Shown here: in pieces, positions 29,435 through 36,435 of the stretch
Layout: every line of letters begins with the position of its first letter
How positions within the stretch are numbered: the stretch's first letter is position 1
Assembly: GCA_965205505.1 (NCBI GenBank)
Contig: CBDBHB010000009.1
Span: 2,720,001-2,784,000, forward strand
Origin: Acidobacteriota bacterium
GTDB taxonomy: Bacteria; Acidobacteriota; UBA890; WLXD01
Length of the DNA stretch: 64,000 bases
Reading direction: 5' to 3'
Notes under the pieces: generated by a model
Seen by the model: only the letters and a program-made list of their open reading frames with translations
Told to the model about the DNA's origin: nothing
The model's database searches: none
Program-made: the position numbers and the translations under genes

Positions 29435-30490
29435 TCAGCGGTTGGCTCCGTTTGGCGGAGCCAGGTCCGGGTCGCGCAGGCGGAATCGGTGCAAGAGGCC
29501 CTCGTGGTCGATGACCCAGACCGTACGATCAGGGGCGACAGCCACGATGCGTGCGGAGTAGGGGAGCATCACCGAGCCGCGGTATGCGCCGGAGGTGTCA
29601 TAGCGGTACAACTCGGTGCCGATCGTCCAGGTGCCCTCGGCGGTACGATCGACGTACCCGGCTAGCACCCAATAGAGGCCGCGGGCCTCGTCCCACGAAA
29701 TGTCGGAAGCGGTTCGCGCCACGTGATCAAGGCTCTGGTTGCTAATGTGCCGGGGCAGACTCCCCAGCGGTGCCCAGATGGCGGCCTTGTAAAGGACATC
29801 GATCGTTCCGGTTCTCGACCCGAGTCGATCGTAGATTTGCACCTGGCTGGCGACGTGGGTATGCGCGAGCGCGAAACCACCGCCAGGAGCCGGCGCGAGG
29901 CGGCGAGTGTTGAGCAGAAAGTAGAGGATTCCGACGTCGTGCCGCTGCGGGGGCACGAGGCTATCGAGGAGCTTGCCATCGCGATCCAGCACGCTCACCA
30001 AGGGCTCGGCTTCGGGGCCGAACATGAACGACGTTGTGGGCAGCCGTAGCACGAAGATGTGCTCCGCCGTTCCGACCACCCCGAGCGGGAGGTAGTCGAC
30101 CGGAATCTCGTCGAGCGGCTCGGCTGCGGCACCGAAGCGCGCGAGGCGTCGGTTTCCTGTATCCGCAATCAGGATCTCGCCGTTTGGATACACCCACATC
30201 CCCTCGGGGCGGTTCATCTCGCCGGGCCCGTTACCCTGCCTGCCACGCGACGCGACGAGCTCCCCGGCAGGCGAGAATACCTGCACGCGATGGTTGCCGC
30301 TGTCGAGCACGTAGATTTGGCCCAGGGCGTCGAATCCCAGGGCGGCCGGATTCAAGAAGGCGGTGGCGGCATCAACGGGAGTTTTCCCGAGGGTGCTGAT
30401 CTCCTCGGCCTCCAATGTCCATTCCGCCGGTACGGGAGGCCGCTGGCAGGCGCTGATCAAGCCCAGATTCCACAGGCACAGCCACACCAC
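29435..30490 (-). CDS. NHL/6-bladed beta-propeller lipoprotein
   Basis: ISA-C lipobox-like; IYVLDSGNHRVQVF, GRQGNGPGEMNRPEG and IADTGNRR NHL repeats; start uncertain. Confidence 0.8.
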   Translation of the reverse strand: MVWLCLWNLGLISACQRPPVPAEWTLEAEEISTLGKTPVDAATAFLNPAALGFDALGQIYVLDSGNHRVQVFSPAGELVASRGRQGNGPGEMNRPEGMWVYPNGEILIADTGNRRLARFGAAAEPLDEIPVDYLPLGVVGTAEHIFVLRLPTTSFMFGPEAEPLVSVLDRDGKLLDSLVPPQRHDVGILYFLLNTRRLAPAPGGGFALAHTHVASQVQIYDRLGSRTGTIDVLYKAAIWAPLGSLPRHISNQSLDHVARTASDISWDEARGLYWVLAGYVDRTAEGTWTIGTELYRYDTSGAYRGSVMLPYSARIVAVAPDRTVWVIDHEGLLHRFRLRDPDLAPPNGANR

Positions 30491-30555
30491 GTTGCCCGGG
30501 AAAGCGAAACCTCCCGAGCGGTTCCGCCACGACGACGCAACGCCGCTGCGGTAGC

Positions 30556-30822
30556 CTAGGCCGCGCACCGGCATGCGTCGTGGTTGCCGAGCATGATGTG
30601 GTGGTACGCATCGATGCTGCAGTCGCACGCCATCATGTTGGCGTCGCGGATGAGCCTCCAATCGAGCTCCGTGATGCCGTTCCCCAGATGCTCCTGAACC
30701 CGGTGCATGCATGAGCGGAGCTCCTTGACGCACACTGCGCCGGGTGAGCCGGGTACAGAGGCGCCCCCGATGAGCAGCAAAGCGGTGAGGCACAGCAGCG
30801 GGTTGCGCAGCGAATGAGCCAT
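30556..30822 (-). CDS. Small secreted Cys-rich protein (88 aa)
   Basis: GGGGGA RBS, signal peptide, six Cys in the mature part. Confidence 0.6.
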   Translation of the reverse strand: MAHSLRNPLLCLTALLLIGGASVPGSPGAVCVKELRSCMHRVQEHLGNGITELDWRLIRDANMMACDCSIDAYHHIMLGNHDACRCAA

Positions 30823-31001
30823 TGACGTCCCCCAGGACGGGGACGCGGCGCCACCCCCCGTCGCGCCTTGCGCCCAGTCCTCAACCCGCTTTGACGGACA
30901 CCGCTTGGTAGAATCACGAAACGTTCGGGAAGTCCGTAGATAATCTCCACATCTACGCGGATCCGCTTGTCCAGCTCGCCTCATCAGGCGGAGGTTCAAA
31001 C

Positions 31002-32351
31002 GTGCGCGTTCGCCTTGATTCGATCGGCTGTCGGCTCAATATCGGCGAGATGGAGGAGCTCGCCTTGATCTTGGCCGGGCATGGCCACCGCATCGTAGGC
31101 CCGGGTGACGACGCCGACCTGTTCATCTTCAACACCTGCGCCGTTACTCACGTGGCGGCGCGCAAGTCGCGCAAGATCTTGCGTCAGATACGGCGCGATC
31201 ATCCTCACGCCAGCATCGTGGCGACCGGCTGCTACGCCGACCTGTCGGCAGAAGAGGTCGAGAGGCTCGGCGTCGACATGGTGGTCGGAAATCATCAAAA
31301 GGACCAGCTCGCCGACGAGCTTGCCAACGCCGGTTTGCTACACGACGCCGACCCGATCGGCGACGCTGACGCGGCGCCCTTCCCCGTGCCTCATGGTCGG
31401 ACGCGCGCCTTTGTCAAAGTGCAGGATGGCTGCGACAACCGCTGCACCTTCTGCATCGTCACCGTGGCGCGCGGCAACAGCCGGAGTCGGCCGCTCGAGT
31501 CGGTAGTCGCCCAGGTCCGGCATCTGACAGAGATCGGGTATCGAGAGGCGGTGCTGACCGGGGTGCATTTGGGCTCGTACGGGCACGATCGTGACGATCG
31601 ACACGGCCTCGAGAATCTCGTCGCGGCGATCCTCGAGCGCACCGATATTCCACGTCTGAGGCTGTCGTCGCTCGAACCCTGGGACATGCGCCCCGAGCTC
31701 TTCGACCTCTGGAGCGATAGGCGCCTGCAGCCGCATTTGCATCTGCCACTGCAGAGCGGCTGCGATGCCACGCTGCGGCGCATGTCGCGGCGCACCAGCC
31801 AAGTCGAGTTTGCGTCCTTGGTCGCGGCGGCCAATGCGGTGATTCCGGATCTGGCCGTCAGCACCGATGTGATCGTCGGGTTTCCCGGGGAGACCAAGGA
31901 GGACTTTGAAGAGTCGATCGAGTTCGTCGAATCGATGGCCTTCTCGCGGTTGCACGTATTCCGCTATTCGCCGCGGGCAGGCACCGCGGCAGCGCACATG
32001 CCCGATCAGGTTGATCCGGCCACCGCGCAAGGCCGCAGTCGGCGGTTGCACGCGCTCGGTGCCGATCTGGAAACGAGCTTCCGGCGCGGCATGCTGGGCA
32101 GCAAGGTCCAGGTTCTGTGGGAGTCAAGCGAGCCGTTCGGCGACGGCAACCGCTGGAGCGGCTTGACCGGCAACTACGTGCGCGTGCTCACCGATACGGG
32201 GCCAGACGTCGATCTCCGTAACCGATCGATGGCCACCGAGCTGGTGGAGTCGCTGCCGGGTGCTCTCTATGGGCAGTGCGCGGCGACGCGCGGGCGTCTG
32301 TACGAGGACGGCTCCGGCGTCCACCACAGGCCACTAACGTGCCGTGACTGA
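31002..32351 (+). CDS. mtaB: tRNA t6A37 methylthiotransferase (MtaB-type radical SAM)
   Basis: GCRLN, NTCAVT, KVQDGCDNRCTFC and LHVFRYSPRAGT. Confidence 0.88.
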   Translation: MRVRLDSIGCRLNIGEMEELALILAGHGHRIVGPGDDADLFIFNTCAVTHVAARKSRKILRQIRRDHPHASIVATGCYADLSAEEVERLGVDMVVGNHQKDQLADELANAGLLHDADPIGDADAAPFPVPHGRTRAFVKVQDGCDNRCTFCIVTVARGNSRSRPLESVVAQVRHLTEIGYREAVLTGVHLGSYGHDRDDRHGLENLVAAILERTDIPRLRLSSLEPWDMRPELFDLWSDRRLQPHLHLPLQSGCDATLRRMSRRTSQVEFASLVAAANAVIPDLAVSTDVIVGFPGETKEDFEESIEFVESMAFSRLHVFRYSPRAGTAAAHMPDQVDPATAQGRSRRLHALGADLETSFRRGMLGSKVQVLWESSEPFGDGNRWSGLTGNYVRVLTDTGPDVDLRNRSMATELVESLPGALYGQCAATRGRLYEDGSGVHHRPLTCRD

Positions 32352-32361
32352 CGAGGAAGCC

Positions 32362-34014
32362 ATGAACATGCGCGTTGCGACCCTTACCCTGATGCTCACC
32401 CTAGCCGGCGGCGCCTGTGCCCCCGCCGACGGTCCGGCGGAACTCGTGGACGCACCCACGAGCGCCGCGGAGCTCGGCCTCGCCAAGTACATCGAGGTCA
32501 GCCTCGAGCCGGACCTGTCAGGTCTGAGCGATAACCAGCGAGCCATCTTGAGCCTGCTGATCGACGCGGCGCTGGCGGTGGACGAGATCTTCTGGATACA
32601 GGCGTATGGGGACCGCGCCGAGCTGCTCGAATCACTCGACGCCCCTGCGGAGCGACGCTTTGCGGAGGCTAACTTCGGTCCCTGGGATCGGCTGGACGCC
32701 AACACGGCGTTCGTAACCGGCATGGGCGCGAAGCCTGCAGGCGCCAACCTCTACCCTCCCGACATCACGCGCGAGGAGATCGAGGCGGCGGGCAACTCGG
32801 AGCTTCGAGCCCTGTACACCTTGGTGCGACGCGACGACGCCGGCGGGCTGATCGCCAAGCCATACCACGAGGTCTTTTCCGATCAAGTGGGACGCGCCGC
32901 CGCCAAGCTACGTGAAGCGGCGACGCTGGCCGACGACCCGGGGTTGCAGAACTACCTGGAGCTTCGCGCCACAGCTTTGTTGAACGACGATTATCGAGCT
33001 AGCGACCTGGCTTGGATGGACATGACCGACAACACAATCGAGGTCGTCATCGGTCCGATAGAGGTGTACGAAGACCAGTTCCTTGGCGCCAAAGCGGCGT
33101 TCGAGGCATTGATCTTCATCAAGGACCAGGAGTGGAGCGCTCGCCTAGCTCGCTACGCCAGCCTGCTACCGTCGTTACAACGCACCTTACCTGTGGCCGA
33201 TGCCTACAAGGCGGAAGAACCCGGCAGCGACGCCCAGCTCAACGCCTACGATCTGGTCTATGCGGGCGGAGACGCCAACGCCGGCGCCAAATCGATCGCC
33301 GTGAACCTGCCCAACGACGAGGTCGTCCAACTGCAGAAGGGCACGCGCCGGATTCAGATCAAGAACGGCATGCGCGCCAAGTTCGACGCTATCCTCGTTC
33401 CGATCGCGGCGGAGCTGATCTCGCCCGACCAGCGTGGGCACGTGACGTTTGACGCCTTCTTCGCCAACACGATGTTTCACGAGGTGGCGCATGGACTCGG
33501 CATCAAGAACACCATCGACGGTGGCGGCACCGTGAGGCAGGCGCTGGCCGAGCACGCGTCGTGGGTGGAGGAAGGGAAGGCGGATATTCTCGGTCTGCAT
33601 ATGCTCACCGAGCTAAACGCCAGCGGCGAGCTCGGCAACGCCGATCTGATGGACAATTACGTGACGTTCTTCGCCTCGATCTTTCGTTCGATCCGCTTCG
33701 GGCTCACGAGTGCGCACGGGCGCGCCAATTTGGCGCGTTTCAATTACTTCCGCGACCAGCAGGCGTTCGTGTTCGACGAGGCCACCGGTACCTATTCGAT
33801 CGACCTCGACCGTGTTCAGGCGGCGATCGCCGGGCTGTCGGAGAAGCTGCTGCGCCTGCAGGGTGATGGGGACTATGACGGCACGGCGGCATACTGGTCG
33901 GTAGCCGGGGTGATAGGGCCTGGCCTGCAGGCGGCCCTCGATCGGCTTGGCGAGCGTTCCATCCCGGTCGATATCATCTACCGCCAAGGGCCGGAGGTAT
34001 TGGGGCTCGATTAG
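32362..34014 (+). CDS. Zn peptidase, dipeptidyl-peptidase III (M49)-like lipoprotein
   Basis: Lipobox AGGA-C; NLPNDE, FHEVAHGLG and EEGKAD. Confidence 0.8.
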   Translation: MNMRVATLTLMLTLAGGACAPADGPAELVDAPTSAAELGLAKYIEVSLEPDLSGLSDNQRAILSLLIDAALAVDEIFWIQAYGDRAELLESLDAPAERRFAEANFGPWDRLDANTAFVTGMGAKPAGANLYPPDITREEIEAAGNSELRALYTLVRRDDAGGLIAKPYHEVFSDQVGRAAAKLREAATLADDPGLQNYLELRATALLNDDYRASDLAWMDMTDNTIEVVIGPIEVYEDQFLGAKAAFEALIFIKDQEWSARLARYASLLPSLQRTLPVADAYKAEEPGSDAQLNAYDLVYAGGDANAGAKSIAVNLPNDEVVQLQKGTRRIQIKNGMRAKFDAILVPIAAELISPDQRGHVTFDAFFANTMFHEVAHGLGIKNTIDGGGTVRQALAEHASWVEEGKADILGLHMLTELNASGELGNADLMDNYVTFFASIFRSIRFGLTSAHGRANLARFNYFRDQQAFVFDEATGTYSIDLDRVQAAIAGLSEKLLRLQGDGDYDGTAAYWSVAGVIGPGLQAALDRLGERSIPVDIIYRQGPEVLGLD

Positions 34015-34050
34015 CGATAATCTGCCAAGGGATGGCAAGCCTATTGCACG

Positions 34051-34860
34051 ATGCTGAGAGATATGTGGAAAGCGCGTGACCTTCTGGGGGGTACTGAGCC
34101 CCGTGGCACAGATCCGATCGTGGACCGTGACCCGAACTCACCGATCGTTCGGCTACGTGGACTCGAGAAGTGGTACAAGTCGGGGTTCGGCCGCACGTAC
34201 GTGCTGCGCCGTATCAACGCAGACATCCGTCAGGGCGAGTTCGTCACCATCATGGGCCCGTCCGGGGCTGGTAAGTCGACTTTGTTGAGCATCGTCGGAA
34301 TGCTCGACGGGTCATGGGAAGGGGAGTACTACTTCCTGGACTATCCGGTTCATGACCTGAGCTCGAAAGAGCGAAATCGCCTTAATCGCGAATACATCGG
34401 CTTCGTCTTCCAGAGCTACCACCTGATCGACAGCATGACCGTCTACGAGAACCTCGACGTGCCGCTGTCGTATCGGAACGTCAAGCGTGCACAGCGCAAG
34501 AGCATGGTGGCGGACACCCTCGATCGCTTCAATATCGTCGGCAAGAAGGACCTCTATCCGAGCCAGCTATCGGGCGGTCAGCAGCAGCTGGTGGGCGTTG
34601 CTCGCGCCATCATCGGCAATCCCAAGGTACTTCTTGCCGACGAGCCGACCGGCAACCTGCACACCGCGCAGGGCAGAGAGATCATGGAGCTGTTCAAGCG
34701 CCTGTGTGAGGAGGAGGGAACGACCATCGTGCAGGTCACCCACTCCGAGATGAGCGCTGCATACAGCGACCGGATCATCAACTTGCTGGACGGCTGGGTC
34801 GTTGAAGACGATCCGTACAAAGCCGAGCACGCCGAGCCTGCCGAACCTGCCGAGTCGTAG
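34051..34860 (+). CDS. MacB/LolD-type ABC ATP-binding protein
   Basis: GPSGAGKST, IGFVFQSYHL, LSGGQQQ and LADEPTGNL. Confidence 0.93.
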   Translation: MLRDMWKARDLLGGTEPRGTDPIVDRDPNSPIVRLRGLEKWYKSGFGRTYVLRRINADIRQGEFVTIMGPSGAGKSTLLSIVGMLDGSWEGEYYFLDYPVHDLSSKERNRLNREYIGFVFQSYHLIDSMTVYENLDVPLSYRNVKRAQRKSMVADTLDRFNIVGKKDLYPSQLSGGQQQLVGVARAIIGNPKVLLADEPTGNLHTAQGREIMELFKRLCEEEGTTIVQVTHSEMSAAYSDRIINLLDGWVVEDDPYKAEHAEPAEPAES

Positions 34861-34965
34861 GGCCGTCCGGTTCTGGAACGACGGTTTCCCAGAATCGGCA
34901 CAGCATTGGCGCTACGGCGCGGCGCACCGCGAAGCCAGCCGGGTGCGGCAGATGGGGCGGCCACT

Positions 34966-34982
34966 TTGGCACGCCGCTTGCT
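34966..34982 (+). promoter_or_regulatory. Sigma-54 (-24/-12) promoter
   Basis: TTGGCACGCCGCTTGCT fits the YTGGCACG-N4-TTGCW consensus with exact GG-N10-GC spacing; predicted +1 is about 34993. Confidence 0.8.
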
Positions 34983-34992
34983 TCTTACTTCG

Positions 34993-35205
34993 GGCAAGAG
35001 CTCAGGTGACAGCGAGGACGCCAGCCCTGTTCCGATCATGGACGTAAAGGGGAGCGGCCTGGGGCTGAGGCTGGCGTGCCCGGTGTCACCCGAGCGAGTG
35101 AATACCCGGCGGTATCGAGGACGTCAGCCCTGTCCCGATATGGACGTAAAGGGGAGCGGCCTGGGGGCGATGGCTGGCGTGCCCGATACCGCCGGGTGTT
35201 TCTTT
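34993..35205 (+). ncRNA. Candidate sigma-54-dependent tandem-hairpin sRNA
   Basis: Two units of about 100 nt with different but paired outer stems, a shared inner stem ACGYCAGCC/GGCTGGCGT and an identical 27-nt core; ends in GTTTCTTT. Confidence 0.65.
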
Positions 35206-35365
35206 GCTCGGCGGAGGTCGACCGAGTACGGATTCACGAATCGGCGGTTCGATTTCCTGGATTATAGCCGACGAGAACTGTCAGTTCCGAATGGATCTGG
35301 TGGGCTGGCGTGCCAAAATGTCGCCGCCGGCCGCCCGACATGGCCAGACCCAGGAGGATTCGCTC

Positions 35366-35650
35366 GTGTGTCGAAACATCCGTCCGTTGTTCAATTTCAA
35401 GCCTGTGGCTACCGACGCCGAGGTTCGAGCCTCGGCGTTGCAATACGTACGTAAGATCAGCGGCATGCGGGCTCCGTCGCGCACCAACCACGCGGCGTTC
35501 GAGCAGGCCGTAGACGATGTTGCCGTCGTCTCGCAGCGGCTGCTGGCCAGCCTCGTTACGACGGTGGCCCCGAAGTCGCGTGAAGAAGAGCGCGCCAAGG
35601 CCCGTATGCGATGGGAGCGGCGCGCCGCACGCCTGCAAGCGAGCGGCTGA
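35366..35650 (+). CDS. DUF2277-family protein
   Basis: MCRNIRPLFNF...ALQYVRKISG; AGGAGG RBS before GTG 35366. Confidence 0.85.
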   Translation: MCRNIRPLFNFKPVATDAEVRASALQYVRKISGMRAPSRTNHAAFEQAVDDVAVVSQRLLASLVTTVAPKSREEERAKARMRWERRAARLQASG

Positions 35651-35712
35651 TGGCCTGGCTGATCGCCGATCGTAGTCGGTCGCGCGCTGCCTGACGATGC
35701 GAGCCTGAGGGC

Positions 35713-36435
35713 ATGGCCGAGCTATCGTATTGCGTGTTCTGTGGCTCTCGGCACGGTGTTCGCCCCGCCTACGCCGCCGCCGCCGCTGCACTTGGCAAGG
35801 CGCTCGTCGGGCGCCGGCTCGGACTGGTATACGGCGGCGGTAACGTCGGTCTGATGGGCGTGATTGCCGACTCCGTGCTGGCGGCGGGAGGCCGGGTCAC
35901 CGGGGTCATCCCCCACGGGTTGGAGGTACGCGAGGTTGGCCACCCGTCTTTGAGCGAGCTTCTCGTGGTGGACTCGATGCACGAGCGCAAGCATCTGATG
36001 TCGGAGCTGTCGTCCGGGTTCGTCGCGTTGCCCGGCGGCATCGGCACCTTCGAGGAGTTGTTCGAGATCAGCGCCTGGGCGCAACTCGGGATGCACCGCA
36101 AGCCCGTAGCTCTCTTGAACGTCGCTGGCTACTACGACCGGCTCTTGGCGATGCTCGACCACGCGGTCGGCGAGGGCTTCGTCGAGTCTGAGCGGCGAGA
36201 GCAACTGATCGTCGACGACGAACCGGACCGACTACTGGACCGCATGGCCGGGTACGATGCTCCCAACGTGCCGCGATGGCTGGGCAGCAAGAAGACTGAG
36301 CTCGGTCGGCACAGGGGCGAACTTGATCCATGCGACGCTGTTGGCGACACTGCTGATATCTCCCCGCTCCAGAAGGGCCCTGCCCGCAAGCGCGATGCGT
36401 CGTCGCAGACGGGTCTGCCACGAGGTGAAGCGTGA
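35713..36435 (+). CDS. LOG-family nucleotide phosphoribohydrolase (TIGR00730-like)
   Basis: CVFCGS, YGGGNVGLMG, MHERK and PGGIGTFEE. The last 45 or so residues may be read-through past a lost stop near 36298. Confidence 0.9.
   Translation: MAELSYCVFCGSRHGVRPAYAAAAAALGKALVGRRLGLVYGGGNVGLMGVIADSVLAAGGRVTGVIPHGLEVREVGHPSLSELLVVDSMHERKHLMSELSSGFVALPGGIGTFEELFEISAWAQLGMHRKPVALLNVAGYYDRLLAMLDHAVGEGFVESERREQLIVDDEPDRLLDRMAGYDAPNVPRWLGSKKTELGRHRGELDPCDAVGDTADISPLQKGPARKRDASSQTGLPRGEA

Noticed and set aside
32322-32337. ACAGGCCACTAA resembling the E2 right end at the mtaB 3' end
   Set aside because: An 11-nt match is too short to distinguish from chance.
35000-35200. c-di-GMP-I (GEMM) riboswitch, suggested by GGACGTAAAG...CGGCCT
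   Set aside because: It lacks the GGCAAA..GNRA first hairpin, and the second-stem pairing does not fit; the observed pairing encloses the whole motif instead.
35000-35200. Mini CRISPR array
   Set aside because: Only two units, the sequence between the cores is itself largely repeated and paired, and there are no cas genes.
34906-35454. ORF with the repeated peptide MDVKGSGLG as a peptide precursor
   Set aside because: The ORF runs through the promoter and hairpins, has no convincing RBS or coding character, and the repeat has no synonymous variation. An RNA explains it better, although tiny-ORF translation is not excluded.
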